A DNA stretch of 64,000 bases from Yuukianura sp. NJ FZ-2021 (lineage: Eukaryota), in NCBI GenBank assembly GCA_046563655.1, contig CM102285.1, positions 1,798,001 through 1,862,000 on the forward strand, given 5' to 3'. The notes under the pieces are model-generated. The model was not told the DNA's origin and ran no database searches. It was given only the letters and a program-made list of their open reading frames with translations. The translations under genes were made by a program, and so were the position numbers. This document shows, piece by piece, positions 1-13,899 of the stretch; within the stretch, counting starts at the first letter, position 1; each line of letters begins with the position of its first letter.

Positions 1-49
1 GCGGACACCCTGGAAACTGGGGGTCAAAATGCCGCTGTAACACATGAAA

Positions 50-329
50 TGAAAAATGATCTGGGACATCGTAGAAAGGTCGTACAATGACCCACAACAT
101 ATCAAACTTTAGGAAAAGACTTGATCTAGTTTCTCGCTAAAAAAAATTACAAAGTTTTAGTTCCATCTATGTAAATATGGAGGTGGAATGTTTGGGTCCA
201 TTTTTTTACAGTTACAACTAAAATTTTGTAATTTTTTTTTAGCGAGAAACTAGATCAAGTCTTTTCCTAAAGTTTGATACATTGTGGGTCACTGTATGAC
301 ATTCCTACGCTGACCCAGACCGTTTTTCA
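50..329. mobile_element. Foldback / MITE-like inverted repeat
   Basis: Bases 50-162 are the imperfect reverse complement of 216-329, with a long perfect core (TCAAACTTTAGGAAAAGACTTGATCTAGTTTCTCGCTAAAAAAAA). True ends are unclear near the window edge. Confidence 0.75.
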
Positions 330-3300
330 ATTTCAATGTCGCAGCCTCAGAAAAATTGTTGACAAAACCCAGACGACGGCAACCGAACTTGTGTCTTGTG
401 TATTTTGTTTGTTTGAAAGTGCATACTTTTTTTGATCATCTTTGCACTGATCCTTTTTCACCACTCACGAGGGTGTTTCTTTTTGTCGATGTCTGCATCT
501 TTTACTAACTGCAAAAACTCGGTTATCGTGGTTACTAAATTTAACGATTATTGTTTATTAGACGCATAACACACGTCCTTAAATCTTTGCAATTTTTTTT
601 TGAAAAAGTATTTTGAATCAAGTATGGAAGGTATATTATCAGCTACATTTGAAGTGAGAAACAATGCCCTATGCTATGCAATGTCCATTTCCGTCCAATC
701 ATCTTCCTTAAATCAAAATCCAACAATTTTCAAGCACTTCCATCCGCATTTCCTCACGCATTTCACGCTCATCATCTGAAAAAACGCTGTAGGTTCGATC
801 CCCCGTGTGGTCAAATCCCACCACAACAAAAAAAAACAATTGAAGTCCAATCAATCCATCAATCTGCCTCAGCTAGCTTCAAGCAATCTCAAAACAATTC
901 TCTCCTTAGAAAAGCTGAACTAAAAAATTCAAACTTCAGTGAACAATAGAAAGCACTGTGGCTTTTCAAAAATATTCGCACCATAATCCTAAATTCAAAA
1001 GTTTCAAATCCCCCAACGCGCAAATCTCTGCCACTGGCTATCTCAACATAACGTTTCAAATTTCAAATCCTCAAAACTCGCGCCATACTTACGCTTATGA
1101 ACATGAACAAAAACATTTTGAAAATGAGAACAGAACCACGCATCGACCGACCGGACGAAAGCAATTGTCATCTCGTTACTTTTGATCCTCGTGCAAAAAT
1201 CTAATCTTATTTTATACGTATGCGCACAAATTGCGAATTCTTCTACATTCTACTCCGCATCTGCGCATACTTCTGCCTGGCAAATCCTCTTAAGCTTTAA
1301 AACCATAATACTTATACCTGATCTTACACAAATTTCATTTGTTATAAAAAACGCTTCCGCACAAGCACCTATTGTTTAAAATTTCCCACTGAAAAAAAAG
1401 TAGATCTGCACTTTAAGCACATTCCCTTTCAATGGAATTTGGTAATGGAAGTAGAACGAGAGTTCAGTAACCACGTAACCATTGAGTAACCATTCATAGT
1501 AACCATGCTCATCCTCATTAACTCAATAGCCTACACTACACTCTCCCTTCCTCATAAAATCATCGTCTTCCCTCTTGCTAGCACTCGTTCCATTGTTGTT
1601 GTTGCGTGCAGAGTTCTGCACATGCGCACAGCTCTCGGCCTCAATCTATTAATAGCCTCAAGACCTCCCAGTGCTCATCAGTCTATTGTTAAGTTATTCT
1701 TGGCATACCGTAATCTATTGTTAGACCCTGAATTCAATTACAAGCCGCACTGGAACGTTTTGAGACTTCCAGCACGGTGCTGACTGGCAGCAACACAATG
1801 ACGATAACGTGCAAAACCAAAAAATTCCTCAAAGGAACGTGCTCTGTGTTTTGATTCTTCGAATAGCCCTGTTGGCATTTACTATTTATAACCTCAAGTC
1901 AAAATACCGTAAACGTTCTGGTAAAACCCCAAAATACTCGAAACGCTTAAAACTCATACACTGCTAACCTAACGGTATTCAAACTGTATCTATCATTATA
2001 TACTACAGGATATTAGATTTATTACATGTATACACCTGGATATTAAAAAGTGTTAACATTCTAAATTTTAAGGTATCGAATTCTAAATTTACGAATACCT
2101 ACAAGATACTCCAGGCACTTACAAAATCCAAACTTTAGAAAATTTGCATTAATTTGTGTACATTTTGGAATACAAACAGCATTTCCGAGGCACTTAAATG
2201 ATTTCAAAGTTTTGAAACATTATCGTGTTTCCTTATAACTTAACAAATGTCGATACATCCTGGAAGGCAGCGTAATTAAATTATAAACTCCGGAAATTTA
2301 CGGTATCAAAACATTGCAGGAGCTTCCCACGCAGCTGTATTGTACTCTTTGTATTGACGGCGTTCTAGATAGGTTGTACTATTTAAAACGCCTTGGACAT
2401 AATTTGGTGTAAATTTGCGGAGGTTGAATCGCAGGGAAAGTACTACGGTTTAAATATATTTCCATTTTCCAAGTGGTTAAACGTGTGTTATTAGGTGTCT
2501 TCACTTCTTTTGTATACATAGTGGAAAACGCCCTACTTCAACCCAGTAATCGTAGTATGCCAAATAATACATTTTTTTCTGCTCTCCTTTTATGCCAATC
2601 GATACAAAAAACTGCATCTGGCTACTATTTAGGCATAAAAGCAAATTTGGCAAAGGTGGATGACCTCTTTATGGAATCCTCTTCGCCCATCATTCATTCA
2701 AAAAAATACAAAAACCAATAACACAAAAAACACTTTGCAAAAGTTACGAAAAGTAATGTAGTTTTTATCGCTCAACCTACGTTAAATGCTCAATTTTCAT
2801 CCACTTAGCAAATTTTCCAAACTACAAAAAAAAATTCAAACAGCCTTTCACTACTTTCTATTCGAAAAAATTCATTTCAAATTATCACTTTATGAAAAAA
2901 TTCCGCAGTCAATCTCAGAATTTCGGACTTTTTTATTTGTCCAAATGCAGAAACTTTTCTGTATGTTAAAACTTTCTCTGCGACGGAATATTTCAGTGAA
3001 TGAAATTCATCCGCTTATGTCCGGTTTCTTACCAATGTTTTAGCTTATTCAACACAATACGTGAATTTCATTTTATGCCAAATTAAAATTTGCGTGCAAT
3101 TGTGCAAAAACGTGCGTGTTGTTCACATTTGACACATGAACGCTGCTTTAATTGCTCCTTTTGTTTGTATTTTTACTTACATCAGGCTGTTCATGTTCAA
3201 TATAATACGTAATTATAATTTAATGGTGGCAACAATGAGCATTTAAGCAACAACGTTAGAATGTTCATTTCAACTGTGTCTCTGCAACTACAAAAAATTT

Positions 3301-6300
3301 CCAGACCACAAAATTTTCTAGTGTTTTGAACATGAACTAAACAGAATAACAGAAACTAACCAGAGAATTTTCATTGCAAAAGGTACATAAGGAGACGAGG
3401 ACTTTGCAAAATTACGTTTTGCAACTCATGGGCAACCGTGCTGCTGCAACATTAAACCAAACGGAGTAAAACCAGATGAAGAGGAAATGTCTTCTGCCAA
3501 AACATTTTCTAGATTTTTAGTTTCATGTCCTAGAATTCCATACTTTTTTTAATTTTCAAGAGCCTCAGTATTAGGTCACTTGCCACATATTCTCCCAATC
3601 TTTGTTCTAAAAATAAAAAAAAACTGAAACTTTTAAACTAATATAACCCAATTTTATACAGAATTCTGCGTAAAAGGTATAAAGACAGAATTGTTCAAAA
3701 TTTCAAAATTGTGAAAGAAAAGAAAACTGATGATTGGAAATCAAAATCCTTCAAAATCTTCATCTGCAACAATCCTACTTCAATTGCCAGGAGTTCAAGG
3801 AATAAAACCTGATTGGATCTTTGCCATTTCCTTACCGGAGCGAGTCTCACTCTGCCCCGAGTTCAATATGTTCAGAAATAGCTGGGAGGGCGGGAAGCCG
3901 GAAATCCAAGATGGAAGAAGCGGGATTCTTGGAAAATGAAATTCTATTCCAGTAATCCGTCTTACACTGTCAATAAGACTTTTTAAATTAAACTCCGTAG
4001 TACTTCCTCCAAATTACTCTGCAGAATGCCTACGAATATAAATTTTCTACTTCCTTTACAAAATCCTCTCAGTTTTACATTTCCACTTTTACATTTTTGA
4101 ATTTTACATTTCAACTTTTTTTTATTGGATAGTTCTGCTTTCACAATTTTGGATTTTGGGATAGCTTCAGCTTTTACATTCCAAATCAAGAATTTCCGCA
4201 TTTGAAATTTTAACATTTCCAGCTTTTATTTCAAATTTTGCGCTTTTACTTCTTGCTGGGTTACATGTAGTTCCTATACAATTCTATTTACGTTCAAAGT
4301 CCCCTTTGTTCAAATTGCAGTTTTGAAATTCTTTTAAATTGAAGTTCTTTTAAATCCATCAGTGTATTCTCTTTTTATTCCTTAAAAACTGAAATATCTT
4401 GAAAAATAATGCATGTTAGTATGTATTTTTTGAAATTTGGAGTGCAAATAAACTCATATGAGGGGGCAAGGGAAATGATCGTTTTGCCGGAAATGATGAG
4501 GGGAAGTTTAGCCCAGATTTCCTGGGAAAAAGCTTAGGCTTCTGCTCTAGTCTAGCAAATGTGCAAATAAACTAAAAGCCAAAGCGAACCAACTCTCCCG
4601 TTTTCCCAAAAGTCTCAATTTCCGATTTCCCTTTCAAAATCCAAACTAAAACTAGAGAAGTAGAGAATGGCAGAATGAGAACGCATGGAAGACTATCATT
4701 AGATTGTAGGATTCTAGGATTTAGATTTCAGACTAAAACATCTTCCTTCTGTTCCACATTCCAAACATCCGCTTTTCTCTCTCTCGCCTTGTCATTTGCC
4801 CAATCCCAAGTCTACGTTTTACTGAGTCAGAAACGACAGAAAATAACAAATCTAACCCGCAGTTGGCATTGATAGAACCAGAACTTAAAAAAATGCAAAC
4901 ACATTCCGCTTCCGTAAAAATTAGAACACACATTATGCCATTTTCAATAAAGTAAAACAAACGAAGCAAGTCAAAATTCAAAGAAAATCAAAAGTTTAAT
5001 TAAAATACTGAGCAAACAAATTACTTGTTGCAAAAATTCTAATGAAGATTCAGTTTTTCTTCAAAATTTGTTACTCACTCACAAACAAACATTTTAGTGT
5101 TGTAAATCAATTTCGCTTGCCAAGCATCGTAACTTTAAAGTACGCACTAAAATAAAAGTTGCAAATTTGCAAAAATTTGGTTTCTGCATATATTTGCGAA
5201 TTTAAATCTCATAAAACCGTGGGTAGCTAGCTATAAATTTTACAAATGAGTCTGCATACCTGGATTTAAGATGCTAAGCTGGTTTCATCGTTTCAGCGTT
5301 TTTTGCTATGTACAGTCTGTGCCAAAATGAAGTGTTCAAGTGCACATAGATACTCTTTCACCAATTTCATAAAAATTTAGTGATGCATAAAAGTAGCTTG
5401 TAAAACAAGTACAAACAGCATCAACAGCAGGCGACTTTTTCCTGTATAAGCTGCATGTAATAAGTTGCTACTCGACTAAAAATATGCTAAAAACGACAAA
5501 CCAATTGAATTTTTAGCACAAAATGGCGCCAGTTGTTTAAAAAAAGTGAACTAAACCTTTTGGTTTAGTTAGTTAAAGGATTTTGAAAAAAAAATGCGTG
5601 TTTCAAAAATCAAAATTTTACAAAAACTTCACAAAACTGTGATTCCAAGAAAATGTTAGTCGGAAAGCATTAGACATGCAGTTTTACAAACTCTTCTTAA
5701 ACAAATGAAAAATCCTTCGTTAACTTGAAAGTTTCCTTGTACAGACGGTACGGTTTGAAACTTTGTGCGTATTGTTCCAAAATTTGAGATTCAGAATTTA
5801 AAGTTTAAAAATTTAATAAAAATAAAAACGAAAATGATATAAGGAGCATAAAAACTTTACTGCCAAATTTTAAACTTTTGCAAAGTTTTAAAGTTTTTAA
5901 AAGTTTAAACTCATAAACACTAAACTGTATGTTACACACAGCATCAAAAAAAGCTCGTTAAACCCTAACTACAGAAACTTTAAAACTTAAAATTTAAATT
6001 TCCCTTACACAACAGTACCCATACACCGTGCATAGTTCACCTAACGCGTGCCTTAGGTTTCAGAAAGCACAGGTCAACGACCGCCTAAAATGCCCTTCAA
6101 AATTTAAACTTCCCGCCCCATTCTCTCACTTAACTTGCCCATTTAAAATCTAATGGTGCTCCATTTATGTGCTCAAATGAACCTATTCCCTTGTCTCAAT
6201 TAATAACACTCTCACAGCTCCACAAAATTTTCAGCACAGTCTCAGCACTACTTTTTAAACTCTCAGCATAAGTATCCATTACACCCAATATGCTACACCC

Positions 6301-9300
6301 ACCAGACACTCATTTTCAAATTTCAAATTTTCCCTCCTAATCTCCTCCCTGCAGCATCCCCAATTTCAGTCTCAGATTCAAACTCAATTTCCAAAAAAAA
6401 AATCTTAAGATTAAGTTTTCTTTTAAAAAAAAAGTTTGCAAAATAAGGATTACGCTTCTGAAAAAAATTTGAAGACAAGGTTTTGTTTTTCCTAAGAATT
6501 TCTAAAATTACTCTGCTCATCTGCTCTTCTTTGTGTTAAAAATTTCTAAAATTATCCAGCTTATCCGCTCATCCAAAAATCTCTCTACGTGAACTTTCGC
6601 ATTTTCGCAATTCTTTGTGAAAATCCTTAGCCCGAACACCTTTGATCTTCAAGATCAAAAGGTTTCGGATTTCGAAATTTCGAAAAACCCTGTTCCCTCT
6701 CCCTGGGAAAAAACTTTCAACTTTGTGCAAAAAAGTGAAAACTAAACTACTCTGTTCATTAGCACTTTAAAACACAAGGAAACCTAAGGGATTCGCAAGC
6801 AGCTTGCAGCCTTTCGACAAAACCTCGCGCTTTTATGTTTTAGAAACAAATTAAATTTAATTAGCAACTCACTACAACTTTTCATTTTCTCCCGCCCTTC
6901 TAACAAGCAAAATCCTTCATTACCTCACACTTTTAGGTACTCTCGCGCCTGCTCTCCGCTGTTTTGGACGTTGATCATTCTCTAATTTCAAATCCAAAAC
7001 TGGGATAATCTGTACCCATTCAAAAAAACTTCGTCCTTGACGTGCAAAATTTACAAACTGCAAAGCGTATTCATTAAATCTCAACAAAACATTATAATGT
7101 CCTACTTTTTGCGTTCTTTTCATTAGCACGTACCATTTCATGTTTAGTACATAGTCTCCAACTTCCTGTCTCCTTCTAAAGCATTACTTGAAAAAAAGAA
7201 GTGTTAATTAACATGCTTTGTGAAAACTGTTGCTGTGAAAAGTGCTTCTAAAAATTTGAAATCCAATGCTTCAAAAAAGGCTTTTGTACTTTCATGTAAT
7301 TTATACTCCTATTGTTACCGCATAACGTTCCTCATTATACCAAAACTTTCGTGCTCCATCTCATTCACGATCCGGAAAATGAGGTGGGGTGCATGCGCGG
7401 ATTCGTTAACATTCAAATTCCGTACCATGGAACATTGGTCACCCATGTACACCTATGTAATGACAAGCATTCAAAAATAAACTAACAAAAAAGCGCCAAA
7501 AATACAATTTTTCGAAATTTGACTTCCATAATTTACTCTTCTTAATCATTCTACTTTGGAATCCTGTTTGCCCTGCGACAGGTCAAATGACATGTCAGCT
7601 ATGACAATTCTGACCTGCAGGTCAACCCGCGTACGGCAAAAACAAACATTGACTTCGGTGTTTTTGAAAAATAAAATTTGAGTTTTTTTTCTGTGTTTTT
7701 CCCACAGTGTTCTGGAGTTACCGCTACGCTGCTTTCACACGAATTTCGAAATTTCAAAACTGCCCAAAGCCTAAAAACAAAAACCCGGGCATTTGTCATC
7801 CGCTTACTCCGGATTTCGCTTTTCAAGTTTAGTCATCTGTCACTGCCAAGGTTTTGTGACCTGCGGAGGTCATTTACTGTAACAAAGGAACTTCAGGTCT
7901 AAACCCAAGACCACACCGTACTAACCCGCCTAGCAGAAACGAAATCCGTCTCGCGGGAAAGGCAGTTGTCAAATTCAAAATTTCCCTAGCGACCTTCCCT
8001 TCTACATGAGACTCCACGAAATCTATTTCCCGTTTCCAGGCAAAACTTTTCCTGGAAGGCTCCTTCTCAATGCTCCAGATAAGTTAGGCTATGTTTACGT
8101 TAGGTTGTTAAGTCAGACAGTATCCGTGGATCCTGGCAATGTTATTACCCAATCGCTTCATCTCTGGATTGATGTCTCCCGCTTTGCAACAGGAAAACGT
8201 AACATTCCACGCATCCCTGCCTCTAAACATGGTATTCAAAATGTCATAATTTTCAAAAACTGAAAACGCTTCAGTCCAAAAGCGTTGTGGCGTTCCAGCT
8301 TATCCAGACATGGAACAATGGTTGGTGAGGGATGTGAGATTTCCTTCCAAAATCCATTTCCTCATCTATCCAACTGTGACAACTTGTATTCATAAATATG
8401 GAAAATCACCTTCAACCATTATGCTCACTACTTCAATGCCACTGTTCATCCAAAATCTAGCACAAACAACAACTTTTCCAACTGACACCAAATAAACGAT
8501 GTACGTAAGTGGGGAAAGCACTCCAGGACAGACCATGCTGAACTTTGGCGCACCATATAGTTACAAACGGCAAAATGAAAAAGTTGACCTTTGACCCGGA
8601 AAGAGGTCAATTTGAGGCAAATGATGTAGACAACGTTGTTTATCTCGATGAGAAGAAAAACTAACAGACACACAAGGTCGATGCATCAAGTAGCTTTCGC
8701 TACTTAATAATCTAACCACTTAGGCTCTACTTTAGACAAACAACGTGGAAAATATACAAACAAGGACGTTTCCTAAACTAATCGTCACTGAAATCAAATA
8801 ACCTCACAAACATACCGTAATCTCTTCGTAAGCGACCTGCAGCAATGCAGCAACATAGAACCATTTGAACTGAAGTGTTTGTTTAAATGTCATAACTTAA
8901 GAAAAAAAATTAAGGTTATGCTTAAGCTGTACTTTACGTTGGATTTCAGTTTCAGAAAACGTTCAGGCCTTTTCAAATTTACCAATTTTTAGAAACTCGT
9001 TTTTAGAACAAAAAAAAATTTTACGAGCTTTTTCAAAACAAATGGACAAACAAAACAAGTCGACATAACCTTCAGCAAAACACGAAAATGCTGTCCCAGC
9101 ATATTAGCTGAACTTTTTAAAAACCTGATTCATCAGGTTTGTCTTCATTTTAACCGGTTTTTGGAAGTAAATTCTCCAATCATTCCGTTGACCTCTTCAG
9201 TCTTTGCATTGCGTTTACACAGCACACATATACGTTGAAAAACACAAGAAAATTGTGAAAAATTTGAAAATTTTGAGTAGCAAACCCACAAAATTCAACT

Positions 9301-9763
9301 AAAATGTTCAGTTCTCGTCATCGTTACGATTCTCTCCCGCCATTTGATTATCATCGACCAACTTGGTTGCAGCTCTACGGCAGATATTTGATCGGAACGT
9401 AAGAACATTCCTACTTTGCATTACTTAGCATTTGAACAAAGTATCTAAACTTATCACGATTATCTAAGAAAATTCATTTTAAATCTCAGTGCAATTCTAC
9501 TTGCTGCTGGATTCATTGCCATGACTGTGTTTAAGTTGTGGACAAGCGAAACTACTAGTGACGATTCGCTGCATCCTATCCTAACTTGAGCAACAAAAAA
9601 CCTACATCACTGCATAATTTGACCGAATTAGCACTACCGAACATAACGCGTAATAGAGGCCCCGCCCTAAGTTTGAAAATTTACGGTAATCACTGTTAAC
9701 ACAAGTGAGAGTAATAAAACTTCAATATTTAAACATTAAAAACTAAAGACATTGGATTGTTAC

Positions 9764-10655
9764 CTGTGTGAGTCCGCTCATGCGCCTTGAGATGAGAGCT
9801 CTTCGTGTACATTTTCTTACATCCCGGGTACATACATCTATGGTTGCGTCGTTTTTCTGCCCCACCATCCTCCGTCCCACTAGAACCACTGCTCCCCTCA
9901 CCCACCACCGCCCCCACAACTACTGGCTGACTACTGAAGACATGACTGGGGGACGAACCGGCAGCTTGACTCTTTCGACTCGACACTTTGACCCTCCCGC
10001 TACCCCCAGTTGACCCCACTGAGGAGCAAGAGGAAGCTGAAGACGATGACGACGACTTAGTGACAGGGTTGCCACTGTCCGCATTGAGACCATTGCTACT
10101 GGAAGAGAGGATGAGTGCTGGGGGGCGGTGGAAGAGGAAGGTGGTGGGGTGGTGGCCCAGGGGGTCACGCTTCCTCCTCACAGGGTGCAGCATGACATTG
10201 ACTCCGCCGGCCAAGATGAGTTGATGGTGGTAGGAGTGGGCCAAATGAGGGGGGCACTCCGTTGGACTGCCGCCTGAGTCCACGTCCGTGGCTGACGGAG
10301 AGGAGCCGCCTGAACTGAGGGCGTCCAGGGAGTCATTGCTATCACTGAGGTCAAGGAAGCAGTTCCGACGACTCTTCTCACAGAGGTAGTCGTGACTGGG
10401 GTCATCCACTGGAGAGGGACTCCGACTGCGCTTGGCAAGCAGGAGTGACCTGCGCCTTAGTCCCTCCAGATCGTCATCACTGCTCAGTTTGCCGGGAGAG
10501 GAGGACTCACGTCCACGGTCCCGGTCACGGACGGACGCTTCATGACTGGCGAAGGACGGAGAACTCACGACTGAAACGGAACGACTTGCACGACCGCATT
10601 TGATGAGGGAGGGGTATGGATCCTCCTTCAGACAACGTTCCAGCTCATAACAAGC
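9764..10655 (-). CDS. luna: Krueppel-like factor 6/7 (luna-like), coding exon 2 (Ser-rich region plus zinc finger 1); gene 3'-incomplete in window
   Basis: Acceptor TTTTAATTGCAG| is followed by [13 protein letters not shown], continuing the KLF6/7 motif TCLELERYL. The exon ends [31 protein letters not shown] with a phase-1 donor G|GTAAC. No exons for fingers 2-3 were recognised in 1-9763. Confidence 0.93.
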
Positions 10656-10794
10656 CTGCAATTAAAAAAAAAAACAAAAGTTTTAGTAAATTTTCAGAAA
10701 TTGTTCATTCCTAATTAACCTAGTATAAATCTAACACAATTTTCATAATACATAACTCCCCATTACAAGAATTTCAGAAAAACAACCCAGACAA

Positions 10795-10913
10795 AGGTCA
10801 ATGACACTTGAAGTGTAAAAGTTCAATGACCTTTGTATTGTGAAAGGCCAATGACACTTGAAATGTGGAAGGTCAATGACCTTTACAATGCTGGGGGTCA
10901 ATCTCAATGAACT
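10795..10913. promoter_or_regulatory. Tandem array of IR1 nuclear-receptor (EcRE-type) elements, 25-bp period
   Basis: AGGTCAaTGACAC (10795), AGTTCAaTGACCT (10820), AGGCCAaTGACAC (10845), perfect AGGTCAaTGACCT (10870) and disrupted GGGTCA...TGAACT (10895). The sequence pattern is certain; function is inferred. Confidence 0.6.
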
Positions 10914-13799
10914 TTACAATATCAGACTTTCGGCAATCAGACAGACAGACACAGACGTATACACAAACAATTCTCATTTATGATTGACGACAGACAGCAT
11001 TCAAAGTTTGAACTTCAAAGTTTTCCAAAAACCTCAACATCCCAGACTTCAAAATTTTAAATTTTAACTCAAAACTTCAAAACTGGAACTTCAAAAAATT
11101 TCTAAAACCTCTCGAGACGAAAAGAACTGAAGTTCTTTCACTGCTTTTGGAAGTCAAAAACTAAAAGCATTTTTTGGTAATATTTTTCAAGTTTAACCTT
11201 GAAATATTTACTGAAATTCTACAGAAAAACAAGAAAAGACAAGAAAAAGTCAAAACTTGAAAAAAGAAGGAAAAGTTAGTTATGGAAAGACTGACTTTTC
11301 GAAAAGTGTAAGTCAGGTACTCTGTCAGAAAAAAGTTATTTGCGCAGACGCAGAAATAGAGACGCAGACAGAGAAACTATTAATTATTTTTAAAGCCTCG
11401 TTTTCACTCCAGTGAAAGCAATAGACACCCAAAAACTAAAACTTTTTCATTCCATTTTCTCATAAACTTTGTGCAAAAAGGTTCCCACTTCTGGGAAAAG
11501 CTTCTCACTTTTTACTACAACGAAAGTTAAATTAAACCTTAGCACAACTTTTTTTTTTACAGTTTTCTAGTATAAAATGAACATAGCCTAACCTTAACTC
11601 CTTCGGCACTTTAAACCTTACACCACAAAATGAAATTGGAATCTTCCCGCCATTTTGAGTACTCACTTATATTCCCACCCCACAACAATATTTACTTTCC
11701 AAAAACACACACTTTACCCAAAACACACTCAAGTTTTAAAACACTCAAGGTTTTATAACATTCGGCCAGGGGCTTTCCTTTCCCGCATCCAATTTCAAAT
11801 TATTTAAAAAAACTAAAAGCCTACCAGTTCAGTTTCACTTTTTAATTCACTTTCACTTTATTTTTGAACCAAATCCATCCGCCATTTTATTACGGTCCAA
11901 TTCCATTTCCAAATTCTCCCGCCTTTCTTTCTACATATGCTTTTACCATCCTAAGGGCATCAAGGAAACCTGGCTCCCTAAATTATGCAAATTCAAAATT
12001 CAAACAGTTTGGATCTCGCGCCATTTTCATCTTCAATTTGCAAAGTTACTTCGCAAAATAACAGTTTTAAAAGCTGAGCACAAAACGCAGGAGAGGAGAT
12101 GGAAGTTGAAATTTTTCTCAAACAAGAGCCAATAAAGCATCAAAAAATAATAATTTTAACCTTAACTTTTGCTCACTTACTCTGTTTTGAGTTTTTCTTG
12201 GCTCACTCTGTACATTGAATTTAAACTAAATTGAATGTTAGATATGCCACACGAAAAGTGGAGCAACTGGTTTTGACACCTTCTCTTGCTCTTCTTATGT
12301 AATAGTAACTACTTTTAGTACAAGTCCTTTCCAGTCCTAGTTTTACATTCCAGATTCAAGATCAAAGGATTTGGTGCTTAGCCTTGTGTAAAAAGCATTA
12401 GAAGCTGATCTATATTCAGCTCCACTTTCTCTCTGTTTACACCAAATCCATACGCTGTAAAGGCCTTCTGCATAAATAATGAACAGCAAAAGATCAAAAG
12501 TGGGAGAAACATTACTTTTACTCAGAATTCGAAACAATTTCCACAGAGTGAAAGCATTCATGAATAGCATATAGATTTGAATTTCCCTACCATTCTCTAC
12601 ATTATTCCTGACCTATATTTCCTATACTAAAGACAAAACTTCGAAAACAAAAAGTTAGTTTAACTTTTTGTTTAGATAAAAACTAATGTTGTTTAGCTTT
12701 TGGTTGACGTTTGTTTAGGTTAACTTTAACCTAGTTTTTTGAAAACAAGGTTTTACATGTGTAAAAATATCACAAAAATTCCACCTGCTCACAACGGGAA
12801 AAAATTCCAGAAATTTTCTAGGAATCAAAATAAATTCAGATTCAGAATAAAATTCAAAGAAATCAGAAGGCTGCTTACGCACGCACAAGCCTTAAAATCC
12901 ATTTTGATTCAAATTTAGCGTAAAACCCAAAAAACATTTGTTTGTGTCAGAATCTAAATTTTTATGAAAAACAAAATCAGAAACCGTAACTTTTAGGAGT
13001 GAAACCTACAATGACTAGCATAGGGTTTGAGCTTTGTGCTAATGACTTCGGAAATTACCGTCAATTAAATTTCCATTTTGTTTCTAGCCTTTCCCATTTT
13101 CTCTCAACTTTGATCTCACCTCCTAACATTAAAGTTACTTCCTCCGTGCCGCTGCGCAGATAGTAAAGTTTATCAATAATGAAAACTATAATAAAAAAAA
13201 AAGTTACAAATCGAACGCTTTGCTTTCCACTTTGTTCGAACAAAATGAAAAAAAATCTTGTTTTACACAAGAAGAGGAAAAAACGAAAGAAAAATATCAA
13301 GTCGGCAACTCCGTGTAGAAAATTTTCATTTTGCGAAAAAAAAAAACTTTCACCAACTCGCAAAAAAAGCATAAAAATACACACTTAAAAATCAAACTTT
13401 GATTTCGAGAAAAAACGTTTACAGTTGATCTCATGAAGATACAAATTAGAAAAAAAAACGTTCACTTTAAAAAGAACAGCACTTTGTTTAGTTCAAAACG
13501 GTTTTCAAAAAACAACTTTTTGAAACTTTCTATTTGCTTTTGATCTGTGTACGTCACGTTTTACACAAAGGAGCAGGTTTTTAATTACAAAAGCCTATAG
13601 CGTATTCTCAAAAACGACTTTTCACTCTCTCAAATTTTCTCCACTTCTCATCCATTTCTCACGAAATAATTTTAATTCTTTGGCCCAAATGACAGTTTTA
13701 GAAAAGCTGCGTCCATAAATTCTCACAGTTCCAGTTATTAAACAATGTCTTCTCCAACAGCGTAAGTAATAAAAGAGCTCTCAGAAAAGGCGGGGTTTT

Positions 13800-13899
13800 N
13801 NNNNNNNNNNNNNNNNNNNNNNNNNNNNNNNNNNNNNNNNNNNNNNNNNNNNNNNNNNNNNNNNNNNNNNNNNNNNNNNNNNNNNNNNNNNNNNNNNNN
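13800..13899. other. Assembly gap (100 N)
   Basis: Run of exactly 100 N, a typical placeholder of unknown true size. Confidence 0.99.

Noticed and set aside
3730-3960. GC-richer patch with SWEG on the + strand and a donor-like site on the - strand
   Set aside because: SWEG is on the wrong strand for KLF, and no minus-strand frame encodes a zinc finger.
671-9000. Numerous 60-90 aa ORFs in AT-rich DNA (likewise 11800-39400)
   Set aside because: Low-complexity F/K/L/S-rich translations with no recognisable domains or splice support, consistent with intronic background.
9300-9470. Minus-strand FLRSDQ peptide resembling the KLF finger-2 motif FARSDE
   Set aside because: An in-frame stop lies just upstream, the Cys/His ligands are missing, and no compatible acceptor exists, so it is a chance match.
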